A stretch of 37,609 nt of DNA, taken from the NCBI GenBank assembly GCA_008080735.1, contig SHMW01000039.1:1-37609 (forward strand), given 5' to 3'. The stretch's first letter is position 1. Each line of letters begins with the position of its first letter. A program made the translations under genes and the position numbers. Under the pieces are notes generated by a model. That model was not told the origin of the DNA and did not search any database. It saw nothing but the letters and a program-made list of their open reading frames with translations. This DNA comes from Promethearchaeota archaeon (GTDB taxonomy: Archaea; Asgardarchaeota; Lokiarchaeia; Sigyniarchaeales; SOKP01). This document shows, in pieces, positions 28,144-37,609 of this stretch.

Positions 28144-28986
28144 ATGAACACAAACATTTTGAAACGATTATATTTAGGAGTAAAACCTATTGGACATACA
28201 TTTATTTTCGAATTAAAAAAGCAATGGAAGAAATTCGTGGCGTTCTCGATTATTACCGTGGGATTAATTTTTCTTGCAAGCTGGCTTCCCTATGCACTTT
28301 TTCCAGGCAATTCTCTGCCCGCAATCCAAACAGAATTCTTTAGAACAAATCAGAACTTTCTCTCGCTAATTTTAATCTTCGCGAATTGTTTCTTCTTTTC
28401 GGGAATAATTTGCTCAGAATACGACAAAGAGACCGGATTTATCCTTTTTCCCAAGATAAACAAATATAAACTCATCGTGGGAAAATATATCGGGAGTTAT
28501 GTATTTGTAATGGGGATAACTGGCGTATTCTATTTTACCCTGGGAATGCTAGGTCTCTTTTACTACGGTGGACCTCTTGACATTCGATTTTTCCACTCAT
28601 TCGGGATTGCACTTTTATATATTCTCGCCGTTAGCAGTTTCATCACATTTTTCAGCTCGTTCATGAAAAAAGAGAATATGACCATCGTAACCACGATTCT
28701 TATCTTATTGATTGGATTTAATGTAATTTCTCAATTTGTGGTATTGGCGAATCCAGACATCGAACCGCTCTATTCATTACAATATGCTGGAAATTTAATT
28801 TCGTCGATTTTATATTTAGAATTTCCTGATAGTGTAGCAGAACGATATACGCAGATTGATATCAGAAACTTTACCTTTAGAACGTGGAACACCCCAACTA
28901 TCATGGCTGGAGTTAGCATTATGCTGATTTATACATTCATTAGTTTACTATTAGCGGCAATTATATTTAAAAGGAGGCAGTTGTAA
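28144..28986 (+). CDS. ABC-2 family permease
   Basis: About six TMs, ICSEYDKETG..PKINKYKLIVGKY motif, AAIIFKRRQL end. Confidence 0.88.
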   Translation: MNTNILKRLYLGVKPIGHTFIFELKKQWKKFVAFSIITVGLIFLASWLPYALFPGNSLPAIQTEFFRTNQNFLSLILIFANCFFFSGIICSEYDKETGFILFPKINKYKLIVGKYIGSYVFVMGITGVFYFTLGMLGLFYYGGPLDIRFFHSFGIALLYILAVSSFITFFSSFMKKENMTIVTTILILLIGFNVISQFVVLANPDIEPLYSLQYAGNLISSILYLEFPDSVAERYTQIDIRNFTFRTWNTPTIMAGVSIMLIYTFISLLLAAIIFKRRQL

Positions 28987-28987
28987 A

Positions 28988-29953
28988 ATGAAATCGACTA
29001 GGCAAAAAAAAGGATACATCAAGGCAACATTTACGGTTTTTTGGATAACAGTTGGACTACTCATCCTTCCAACATTAGTTTCTGCGGCAAGCTATTCCGT
29101 TTCACTTCAAAAGGGTGGTTATTATCAAAAAATAGATGTATATGAAAAAGATATCTGGAATAATACCATAAGCTCCATTAACGGACCAGAATATTATTTT
29201 GAAGGAGATTCAAATATAACGGGCTCAGAGAGTAAGGGAATAATTCGTAGCTGGTATCAAGACACTGTAAATACATCAGATTTATTTTTTAACCTTCTTT
29301 TTCCACAAGAACAACTCCTCAACATAACATTTTCCCCTTTCAATAAAACATACATAGACGAGAATTACAACACTACCTATAAAATTAATCTTGTATTAAT
29401 TTCAAAATGGGGCTTCAATTCATCGGCTCTACCAGAGAATGCGACCGAACCGAATAATCTTATATATGTTTTAAGAGATCCAATTGGTTTTAAAACACTT
29501 TTAGATGATTATAACGCTTATGTCAGCAATGTTTCTACATATCCTTTTATAGATTTGGTAGCTTTCAATATCGAAGATTTCTTATTTAATCTCTTGATTA
29601 CTCAAATGAGTGTTGGGGCTCCAATAGAGAGCTATTTATCTGAGATGGTTGATGATCTCAATAATGAGAACGTTACAAGTGAAGGAAATACTTTAGCCTT
29701 GCAATTACGTGGAGAAACTAACTATTCTGTCCAGATTTCTTTTGGAAGTACGGGGTTCCCATCAAGTATTACTTTTTTGGACAGTGAGAATAATGTATTT
29801 TATAAAATCATCACTTATGATACGGAATGGACCGTGTGGTTAATTATAGGTATTGTTGGTGCTTCAATCATCACTGTGGTAATATATGCATTTTATAGAC
29901 GGAGAAAACGAATGAAACGGTTTGAAGAATCACTGGAACGCATGAAATCTTAA
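28988..29953 (+). CDS. Secreted single-pass membrane glycoprotein, hypothetical
   Basis: Signal peptide (LVSAAS), many N-glycosylation sequons, C-terminal TM followed by RRRKR; 1 nt after the permease stop. Confidence 0.7.
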   Translation: MKSTRQKKGYIKATFTVFWITVGLLILPTLVSAASYSVSLQKGGYYQKIDVYEKDIWNNTISSINGPEYYFEGDSNITGSESKGIIRSWYQDTVNTSDLFFNLLFPQEQLLNITFSPFNKTYIDENYNTTYKINLVLISKWGFNSSALPENATEPNNLIYVLRDPIGFKTLLDDYNAYVSNVSTYPFIDLVAFNIEDFLFNLLITQMSVGAPIESYLSEMVDDLNNENVTSEGNTLALQLRGETNYSVQISFGSTGFPSSITFLDSENNVFYKIITYDTEWTVWLIIGIVGASIITVVIYAFYRRRKRMKRFEESLERMKS

Positions 29954-29991
29954 CTCTCTTTTTTATTCTCTTTTTTATTTTTATTAATTTT
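29954..29991 (+). terminator. U-rich archaeal terminator region
   Basis: CTCTCTTTTTTATTCTCTTTTTTATTTTT immediately after the stop, between convergent genes. Confidence 0.45.
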
Positions 29992-30076
29992 TGCGATTAA
30001 AAATTAAGTACAATCTAGTTCTGCTGAATGTCCCATAGTATAAACGTTTAGAATGATAAATGAAAAAAAATGAAAA

Positions 30077-31177
30077 TTATTCCAGAGCCTCATCAGGACC
30101 AAAAAGTTTACGTTTTGTCTTATATCTTCCATACTGCTTAGTGAGTTCGATCATCATATCCAAGCGTTCAAATGGAGTTCCGCGATTAACCCCACCTCCA
30201 GTAGAAAGAACATATCCGCTTCCAGGACCATAAGTGGTAATATTTTCTATAATATGCTGTTTTACCACCTCATTATCAGGCTCTCTCAGCATAACATCTC
30301 GGCCGGGAATTTGTCCTACGAGGGTAAATCGATTTTCTGCGTTCATGACTCTTTCCTTTGCTTCTTGATGAGGGCCCCACTCTTGTCCGTGAAACATCGC
30401 GTAGCCCCAATCACCGATATCATCCAGAAAATGGTCGCTCTTATTCTCAGAATGATAAAACATCGCTCCCGTCATTTCCGATAGCTCCGCGCATAGTTGG
30501 GTATGATAAGGAGCAAAAAATTCGTCTACATATTTTTTTCGCATGAAGCCACTGACGTGATCCGCCACGAGAATGATGGTGGCATATCCCCCTATAAGTT
30601 CAATCCATTCTTTCTGGAATTTTATTACAACTTCAGTGCATTTTTCTAATAATGTATGAATGATATCTGGTTTTTGAACCATATGAAGCAAGAATTTGTC
30701 ATATCCGTAGATTAAAGCCGCTAATTCTACGGGACCGAACTCTCCTGTGCCAGCAGGTTTAATGCCCGATTCTAAGGAATATTCTATTTTTTCTAACCAT
30801 TTCCCCGTTCCAGGAGTATCCCACATAGTTTCAGGTACTTCCAGATCTTCTATTTCTTTAGGCGATTGGATTGCTCGTTCTAACACAGAAGGAATCAAAT
30901 CCTCTGGCTCCATTAATTTACATCCTAACGCTTGCGCAACGGCATAAGGCTGATATATCGACACCGCACAATAGGCATCGGAAAATCGCTCTTTAAAACG
31001 CTCGCCTGTTTCCATCTGTAAATCTACATTATTTAGATATTCTTTCACTCGTTTGTCTGCAAAATCTGCCATAAGGTCAAATTCGGGAAAGAACAGTACT
31101 GGAACGCGGTCTGGCTTTAGATAAGCCATCGACTTCAGCATCCGGGCAGCGGGGTTTAACTCTCTTCTTGGAGACAT
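30077..31177 (-). CDS. Uroporphyrinogen decarboxylase/MtaA-CmuA fold protein
   Basis: PDRVPV, AQALGC, GPVELAALIYGYDKFLLHMVQKPDIIHTLLE and GSGYVLSTGGGVNRGTPFE. Confidence 0.82.
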   Translation of the reverse strand: MSPRRELNPAARMLKSMAYLKPDRVPVLFFPEFDLMADFADKRVKEYLNNVDLQMETGERFKERFSDAYCAVSIYQPYAVAQALGCKLMEPEDLIPSVLERAIQSPKEIEDLEVPETMWDTPGTGKWLEKIEYSLESGIKPAGTGEFGPVELAALIYGYDKFLLHMVQKPDIIHTLLEKCTEVVIKFQKEWIELIGGYATIILVADHVSGFMRKKYVDEFFAPYHTQLCAELSEMTGAMFYHSENKSDHFLDDIGDWGYAMFHGQEWGPHQEAKERVMNAENRFTLVGQIPGRDVMLREPDNEVVKQHIIENITTYGPGSGYVLSTGGGVNRGTPFERLDMMIELTKQYGRYKTKRKLFGPDEALE

Positions 31178-31441
31178 TTTCTTCTACTAATATTGTGTTT
31201 TTTTTGTATTTTATTAATATTAAGATATAGTTTTTAGAGGAAAAATACAAATTCTATACTATAAGCTTTAGTAATATAATTTGATTTTATTCACTATAAA
31301 TTCTTTCTCTTAATCTTTATATTTGCTGGATAAAAAGTTATTTATTGTATTGGGAATATTCCTAATTATCTGAATAAGGTATGATAGGGATAAAAGCACT
31401 TTTTGATTCCTAGCATATTTTCTTTTTAGTGAAGTAAAATA

Positions 31442-32935
31442 ATGAGTAAAAAGCCTAATATCATATTTATTTTTGAAGACCATAAAGCGTATTACGGACA
31501 TGGGGAATTAGGAAAGGGGGGGAAAATCTATAAGCCAAATTTCGAGCGTATTGCAAATGAAGGAGTGGAATTTACCAATTCCTATACTGCGTGCCCACTC
31601 TGCGGACCCGCACGGAGAACAATTCTTACAGGCGTATATCCCCATAATCACGGAGAAATTAAAAATGAATCAAATGAAGAATATACCTATGAAATGTATT
31701 TCGAAAAATTAGCTGAGCAAGGGTATAAGAATTATTACTTTGGAAAATGGCATGCGGGACGAGGTACTGCACTCGATTTTGGATGTGAGGGATTTTCTGT
31801 ACCCGGATATGGGAATCCATATATGACACCCGAATATGAGAAATATTTGGAGGAAAATGATTTAGAATATATCCAAGTAAAAATCCAGAAAAATTTCGAT
31901 GATCCTATTTCAAAACACCTCGGGATTGAAGAGGGAGAGTTGTATGAGCCGAGATTCCCCGCGTATTCAGAATATGTTTCAGGGGTAATGACCACTCCAA
32001 AGGAGACTCATGAAGCTTTTTTTCTGACTAACATGGCTTGTGAGAAGCTTCGCGAAATTGCAAAGGATGGAAATAAGGAACCATTTCATATGCGAATCGA
32101 TTTTTGGGGCCCTCATGAACCTTATTTTGCCCCTCAAGAATTTATTGATAGGTATGACCCCGAATCGATCCCAGAACATCCCAATTTCATAGATAATTTA
32201 GATACAAAACCAGAAATATATAGGCGACAAAATGGCGATCTTATTAGTAAAGACAAGCATCTTATTTTGCCAAATCCATTGCCGTGGTCAGAATGGCAGA
32301 AAATTTTAGCTGTCAATTATGCGGAACAAACCTTAATAGATGAAGCTGCAGGTATTTTCCTTGATACTCTAGAAGAGTTAGGATTGGCAGAAAATACCAT
32401 CATTATATGGGCAGCAGATCACGGTGATGCAGTAGCGTGTCATGGAGGACATTTCGATAAAGATGCGTATATGCCGCAAGAGGTAATTAGGGTTCCCTTG
32501 GCGATTAAATGGCCGGGAGTGGTGGCTCCAGGACAAAAATGCGAGAAATTTGTAAGTAATGTGGATTATCCCCCAACGTTTCTAGATTTTGCGGGCACTA
32601 CATTTTCCAATCCGATCGATGGTGAAAGTTTATTGCCTCTATTAAAAAACAAGGAAGCGGAGTGGAAAGAGGAGCAATTTTGCGAGACGCATGGTCATTT
32701 TACCACAATAGTTGCAAGGGTTCTTATTACGGAGAGATATAAACATATCTATAATGAGGGATATATGGACGAACTTTATGATTTGAAAGAAGATCCTTTT
32801 GAATTGCATAATTTAATAAATGAAAAGGAGTATAGCCATATATTGGAAGATTTAAAGGCGCGGCTACAGCAATGGCGGAAGAATACCGGAGATAAAGTTA
32901 AATTTGACATGATAAAAGGAAAACGATTAAAATAA
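31442..32935 (+). CDS. Cys-type sulfatase-family hydrolase
   Basis: KPNIIFIFEDH, CPLCGPARRTILTG, GKWH, GPHEP, ADHGD and DELYDLKEDPFEL. Confidence 0.92.
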   Translation: MSKKPNIIFIFEDHKAYYGHGELGKGGKIYKPNFERIANEGVEFTNSYTACPLCGPARRTILTGVYPHNHGEIKNESNEEYTYEMYFEKLAEQGYKNYYFGKWHAGRGTALDFGCEGFSVPGYGNPYMTPEYEKYLEENDLEYIQVKIQKNFDDPISKHLGIEEGELYEPRFPAYSEYVSGVMTTPKETHEAFFLTNMACEKLREIAKDGNKEPFHMRIDFWGPHEPYFAPQEFIDRYDPESIPEHPNFIDNLDTKPEIYRRQNGDLISKDKHLILPNPLPWSEWQKILAVNYAEQTLIDEAAGIFLDTLEELGLAENTIIIWAADHGDAVACHGGHFDKDAYMPQEVIRVPLAIKWPGVVAPGQKCEKFVSNVDYPPTFLDFAGTTFSNPIDGESLLPLLKNKEAEWKEEQFCETHGHFTTIVARVLITERYKHIYNEGYMDELYDLKEDPFELHNLINEKEYSHILEDLKARLQQWRKNTGDKVKFDMIKGKRLK

Positions 32936-32961
32936 TATATTAATAAAAAAGAGATATTAAT

Positions 32962-34467
32962 ATGAGTCAAAAACCAAATATTATTTATATTTTACAGGAT
33001 CATCATGCTTATTATGGGCATGGGAAAATGTTTGGAGGTCCCGAAGTTCAGCGCCCAAATTTGAAACGATTTGCAAAACAAGGCGTCGAATTCACGAGGG
33101 CATATACCGCATGTCCATTATGTGGGCCAGCGCGAAGAACCATGCTAACTGGGTTATATCCCCACAGTCATGGGGAGATTAAAAATGAAACTAACCACAA
33201 ATATGATAAGGAACTTTATTTTGAAAAATTACAGCAAGAGGGATATGAGTTATATTATTTTGGCAAATGGCATGCGGGAAAAGGAGTTCCAATGGATTTC
33301 GGATGTAAGGGATTTTCAACTCCCGGATATGGAAATCCGTATATTACTCCAGAATATAGAGAATATCTGAAGAACCATGATTTTCCGCATTTTGAAGTTA
33401 AAATTGAGCATAGCCTCTTAGATCCTGAACATAATTATACAAAAGTCCTTGATGTCTACGAAGGAGAAACTCACTCACCGAGTTTTGTAAGTTCCTCGGA
33501 ACATGCTTCAGGTATAATGACAACTCCAAAAGAAACCCATGAAGCGTTTTTTATTTCGGCGCTTGCTTGTGACCAACTTGATAAAATTGCCAAGTCTGGA
33601 AATACGCGTCCATTTCACATGAGAGTGGATTTCTGGGGTCCTCACCAACCATATTATGCTGCCCAAGAATATTTTGACTTGTATGACCCCGAATCGATAC
33701 CGGAATATCCCAGCTTCAGAGAAGATCTAAAAGATAAACCAGAAATATACAAAAAAGATGTGAATTATCCAACCTCGGAAGATGGAGAATTATTATATCC
33801 TAATCCGCTACCTTGGTCAGTATGGCAAGAAATCATAGTAGCTAATTACGCCCAACAAACTCTAATGGATGAGGCTATTGGAAAAATACTTGATAAATTA
33901 AAAGAGCTGGGATTGGAAGAAAACACAATGATCATTTGGACATCCGATCATGGTGATGCTCTGGCGAGTCATGGAGGGCATTTTGACAAGGACGTATATC
34001 TGCCAGAAGAGATGATTAGAATTCCATTTTTTATTCGATTTCCGGGTAAAATACCGGAGGGAATTGCCAGTGAGAAATTGGTAAGTAATATTGATGTCGC
34101 TCCCACGATCCTTGATGCTGCGGGAACAAGATTCTCTGAACCAGTTCATGGTAGGAGTGTTCTATCCATTTTTGAAGAAGCACAAAATCAGTGGCGTGAG
34201 GATTTAATGTGTGAAACAAACGGTCACATTACTCGACATTTGGGACGAGCTCTCATTTATGATGGATTTAAATACATCTACAATGAAGATGCATTAGATG
34301 AGCTTTACAATCTGGAAGAAGACCCCTATGAACTCCATAACTTAATTTACAATGAGAAATATAAGGAAATATTATCCGAAATGAAAAACAGATTAGACAC
34401 TTGGAGAGACAAAACTAATGATGATATCACTCTTGATAATATCAAAGGAAAAAGACTGAAAAGATAA
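32962..34467 (+). CDS. Cys-type sulfatase-family hydrolase, tandem paralog
   Basis: KPNIIYILQDH, CPLCGPARRTMLTG, GKWH, GPHQP and SDHGD; colinear with the 31442 protein. Confidence 0.92.
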   Translation: MSQKPNIIYILQDHHAYYGHGKMFGGPEVQRPNLKRFAKQGVEFTRAYTACPLCGPARRTMLTGLYPHSHGEIKNETNHKYDKELYFEKLQQEGYELYYFGKWHAGKGVPMDFGCKGFSTPGYGNPYITPEYREYLKNHDFPHFEVKIEHSLLDPEHNYTKVLDVYEGETHSPSFVSSSEHASGIMTTPKETHEAFFISALACDQLDKIAKSGNTRPFHMRVDFWGPHQPYYAAQEYFDLYDPESIPEYPSFREDLKDKPEIYKKDVNYPTSEDGELLYPNPLPWSVWQEIIVANYAQQTLMDEAIGKILDKLKELGLEENTMIIWTSDHGDALASHGGHFDKDVYLPEEMIRIPFFIRFPGKIPEGIASEKLVSNIDVAPTILDAAGTRFSEPVHGRSVLSIFEEAQNQWREDLMCETNGHITRHLGRALIYDGFKYIYNEDALDELYNLEEDPYELHNLIYNEKYKEILSEMKNRLDTWRDKTNDDITLDNIKGKRLKR

Positions 34468-34484
34468 ATGCAATTTTTTTTAAT

Positions 34485-35381
34485 TTAAATCCAATCGACT
34501 TTCAGTTCTTCTCTCGGTGGAATTCTTTGATAGGTGGCGACGGGATATCCAATAGCTAAAGAATATCCAACACGATGATCTTTCGGGATATTCAAAAGCT
34601 TTTTAATTTTTTTTGATCTGTTGGAAAAATAGGTTAGATACCCTAAAGAACACGTGCCTAAGCCTAATAATTCAGCACCCAACATGATTTGAGCTGCTGC
34701 GAGAGAAGTATCTTCAGAAATCCCTCCAAGTTCCGCCTCGCCGTGAATACTAATAAGCTGACCATTCCAACACCAAAAATCAACACCCTCCTCAACTTTT
34801 TGTAATATCCATTTTGTTTGCGGCAACATTTCTAATGATTGCTCTAGTCCTTTTTCTGACATCTGAGTTTTCAATATTTCCCTTCCACGCTCCTCTTCAG
34901 CTAAGTTAACAAACATTTTCATCTGGTTATTCAATTCTTTTGAAATTTGGGAGACGATTTTCTTATCGGTCACCACGGAGAAATATAGATTCTGAGTGTT
35001 TTTAGCGGTGGGGGAATACCGCGTCAGGTTGAGAATTTTTTCAATCTCGCTTTTCGGAACTTCTTTATCTTTGAATTGTCTTCGGGATCTGCGTAGCAAA
35101 GCCAGATTTTTGAATGATTCAAATGAAGGTATATGTTGTTGGAGTTTTTTTACCTTTCTCATTTCTGCTTTGTCGTAATTTTTCAGATGAATTGCCTGAA
35201 CCGGGCATATAGCAACGCAATGCCCACATTCGATGCATGTATCTTCGAAGATATCTGCTATCTTTAGAATTTCCTCGTCTATGTAATATAATTGAGCGGG
35301 ACAAGCACCAATACACGCTTCACATTTCGTACATTTTTCTCTGTCTACTTCGATAAGAGAATTACTTATATTTTCCATCAT
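34485..35381 (-). CDS. Nitroreductase family protein with N-terminal 2x[4Fe-4S] ferredoxin domain
   Basis: CTKCEACIGACP, CIECGHCVAICP, RRSRRQF, SPTAKNTQ, LGLGTC and IGYP; start uncertain (35381 or 35408). Confidence 0.9.
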   Translation of the reverse strand: MMENISNSLIEVDREKCTKCEACIGACPAQLYYIDEEILKIADIFEDTCIECGHCVAICPVQAIHLKNYDKAEMRKVKKLQQHIPSFESFKNLALLRRSRRQFKDKEVPKSEIEKILNLTRYSPTAKNTQNLYFSVVTDKKIVSQISKELNNQMKMFVNLAEEERGREILKTQMSEKGLEQSLEMLPQTKWILQKVEEGVDFWCWNGQLISIHGEAELGGISEDTSLAAAQIMLGAELLGLGTCSLGYLTYFSNRSKKIKKLLNIPKDHRVGYSLAIGYPVATYQRIPPREELKVDWI

Positions 35382-35503
35382 TGATAATTCATCTATGATT
35401 TTATTCAATATAACGTTAATTACATTTGGAATTCAAAAACTAAAGTATAATTAAGCGAAAAAAATAGAAAAAGAAGAGATATTGCTATAGGAAATTTCCT
35501 CTC

Positions 35504-37558
35504 TTAATCAGATTCATCCTGTTGGCGATTTTTAAGAACCAGCATCTCGATAAGTTGATTAATACGTGGCACCATAGCAGAGGGATTGGGTAAATCTCCC
35601 TCAGAGAGAAGACAATTTTCGAATAATTGGATCACGATGGGCTTAACCATTTTATTATCTTTATCCTCCTTATAGACCTGAATCAAGTTCTGAATGATCG
35701 GATGATTTGGATTGAACTCAAGAATCTTCTTAGGGATGTTGAACTTTTCTCCAGAGAAGGATTGTGTCCAATAACGCATCGCTCGTTGCTGACTTGAAGT
35801 GGGACCTCCCGCCGGATTAGCCAATCGGCAAGGACTACCATATAATTTATCTGAAGTTTTTGCCTCAACAATCTTATCTTCTAATATTGATTCCACATAG
35901 TCCAAGAAGGATTCCACTTCCTTGGGAACTTTCTTTTCTTCTTCTTTCTCCTCTTCCTCCTCTTCACCTTCTTTTTCCTCCTTTTCAGCCACATCTATCG
36001 GAGAGAACTGAATGTATTCCATTTCTTTCTCATCTCCCTCACCTTTTTCTATTTTATAGTCGTTCATATTCATCATCAAGAAATTGTCAACGGGTTGGTC
36101 AAAAAGGATTACCTCGATGTCGTTTTCCATATAATACCCCAGATGTGGAGACATCTTCATCGTCTCTAAATCTTCTCCAACTAAATAGAATATTTTTTCT
36201 TGGTCTTCCTTCATTCGATCAAGGTACTCTTGCAAACTAATCAGTTCATCATCCTCTGTCTTTGAGGTTTTCACACGAATTAAATCTTTAAGTTTGTCCT
36301 TACGTGCGACATCTGAGATTATCCCTTCCTTGATAAAATGGTTAAATTCATTCCAAAAGGTCATATATTTTTCCTTATCTTTTTCAGCAAGATCCTTAAG
36401 TTCTCTGATAAGCTTTTTTACAATTAATCCGCTCATCTTCATCATTAATCGATTGGATTGGATAGTTTCTCTGGAGATATTCAACGGGATATCTTCAGAT
36501 TCGAGAACACCTTTCACGAATCTCATCCACTGAGGAATCAGCTCCTTACAATTTTGCATAATCATAACATTCTTGGAATATAATGCTAAACCGTAATCTG
36601 TTTCCGGTTGGAGAATGTCTTGTGAAGGAGATTCTGGAATATAAAGAATAGAGCGAAATCGTACGCGACCGCTCACTTGATAATTGAGAACGTGTAAATA
36701 ATCATCATATCGGTTGGATATATAGTGGTAAAACTCTTTATACTCCTCTTCGGTAATCTCATCCTTCTTTTTCTTCCATATTGGTTCGACTTGATTAACT
36801 GGCCCCTTTTCTTCTACTCCTTCTCCCTCCTCTTCTGCTTTCTCTTCTGCTTCCTCTTCTTCTTTCTCCTCAACTTTTATTTTCCCGGTTTCGGGAATAG
36901 TACCTTCTTCGAGTTCATAGATATAGATCGGAAATGGTACAAAATTTGAATATTTCTTTATGATTCTTTGAAGGCGGAACTCGTTTAAATATTCCTCCTC
37001 TTCTTCATTTAAGTATAAAATAACATCCGTACCCCTTTTTTGCTTCTCTACTGTTTTGATATTAAACTTCCCTGTTCCATCAGATTCCCATTCATAAGCA
37101 TCTTCTTCTTTTAAGTATGATTTAGTCCGCACCTTTACATTATTTGCAATCATAAATACAGAATAGAACCCAATTCCAAATTGTCCGATTATATCTAAGT
37201 CCACCGTCTTTTCTTCTTTATCTCTCATTTCTTGTAGTTTTTTAATGAACTTCTCTGTGCCACTTCCCGCTATCGTGCCTAAATCATTAATAAGCTCATT
37301 CTTGCCCATCCCAACCCCATAGTCTCGGACCGTGATCGTGTGCTCATCTGGATTAAAATAGATTTCAATACGCAACTCTTCGTCGGGATCTTCGATGTCT
37401 CTATTCGTTAACAGAATAAATTTAATTTTCTTAAGTGCGTCCACCGCATTGCTGACCAACTCTCTCAAAAAAATCTCTTTATGCTTGTATAAAGACTTGC
37501 TTAAGATATCCAGCAGTTTTTTAATTTCCGCTTGAAATTCATACTCTTGCTCGCTCAT
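35504..37558 (-). CDS. htpG: Molecular chaperone HtpG (Hsp90)
   Basis: FQAEIKKLL, EIFLRELVSNAVDA, D.G.GM, IGQFGIGFYS, PLNISRETIQ and LEFNPNHP. Confidence 0.97.
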   Translation of the reverse strand: MSEQEYEFQAEIKKLLDILSKSLYKHKEIFLRELVSNAVDALKKIKFILLTNRDIEDPDEELRIEIYFNPDEHTITVRDYGVGMGKNELINDLGTIAGSGTEKFIKKLQEMRDKEEKTVDLDIIGQFGIGFYSVFMIANNVKVRTKSYLKEEDAYEWESDGTGKFNIKTVEKQKRGTDVILYLNEEEEEYLNEFRLQRIIKKYSNFVPFPIYIYELEEGTIPETGKIKVEEKEEEEAEEKAEEEGEGVEEKGPVNQVEPIWKKKKDEITEEEYKEFYHYISNRYDDYLHVLNYQVSGRVRFRSILYIPESPSQDILQPETDYGLALYSKNVMIMQNCKELIPQWMRFVKGVLESEDIPLNISRETIQSNRLMMKMSGLIVKKLIRELKDLAEKDKEKYMTFWNEFNHFIKEGIISDVARKDKLKDLIRVKTSKTEDDELISLQEYLDRMKEDQEKIFYLVGEDLETMKMSPHLGYYMENDIEVILFDQPVDNFLMMNMNDYKIEKGEGDEKEMEYIQFSPIDVAEKEEKEGEEEEEEKEEEKKVPKEVESFLDYVESILEDKIVEAKTSDKLYGSPCRLANPAGGPTSSQQRAMRYWTQSFSGEKFNIPKKILEFNPNHPIIQNLIQVYKEDKDNKMVKPIVIQLFENCLLSEGDLPNPSAMVPRINQLIEMLVLKNRQQDESD

Positions 37559-37609
37559 ATATAAAAAAATTAAATTTGATTTTTAAAAATTATTTTTATA
37601 TTTTTAAAT

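Noticed and set aside
35930-36875. (TTC/CTC)n-rich repeat-like tracts
   Set aside because: They encode the Glu/Lys-rich HtpG linkers; not independent repeats.
1882-36949. Many 60-154 aa ORFs overlapping larger genes (for example 2967-3320, 5922-6386, 18578-18934, 35860-36240)
   Set aside because: Antisense or alternate-frame shadows of well-supported genes, with no recognisable motifs.

Overview
AT-rich, gene-dense archaeal window. It most resembles Asgard archaea (Lokiarchaeia/Promethearchaeia): an archaeal DUF217-type VapBC pair, a wHTH+V4R-like regulator, Loki-CTERM-like C-terminal anchors, DUF169 paralogs, TATA-type promoters and U-rich terminators; the taxonomy is inferred, not proven. 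In order: VapBC; an HxlR regulator divergent from an unannotated 47-aa Cys-rich gene, a cupin and an ABC-2 exporter; a ~13-kb divergent catabolic cluster (two formylglycine-type sulfatases, an alkylsulfatase-like and an AtsA/RNase Z-like metallo-beta-lactamase, two QueG/reductive-dehalogenase-like Fe-S proteins, two DUF169 proteins, an MFS transporter, a Cys-rich ferredoxin, a regulator); an atypical SDR; tandem MscS genes; ferritin; a compact operon of Stay-green (Mg-dechelatase-like), class II photolyase, DUF523/DUF1722 and racemase; two paralogous surface proteins flanking a standalone PARP-type zinc-finger protein; a 243-bp IS200/IS605 mini-element keeping both ends, only the last ~32 codons of tnpB and the presumptive omegaRNA region; a PadR-ABC operon; a URO-D/MtaA-fold protein; two more tandem sulfatases; a ferredoxin-nitroreductase; and HtpG. 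No rRNA, tRNA or CRISPR array was seen. All family calls are from motif recognition by eye, with no database search.
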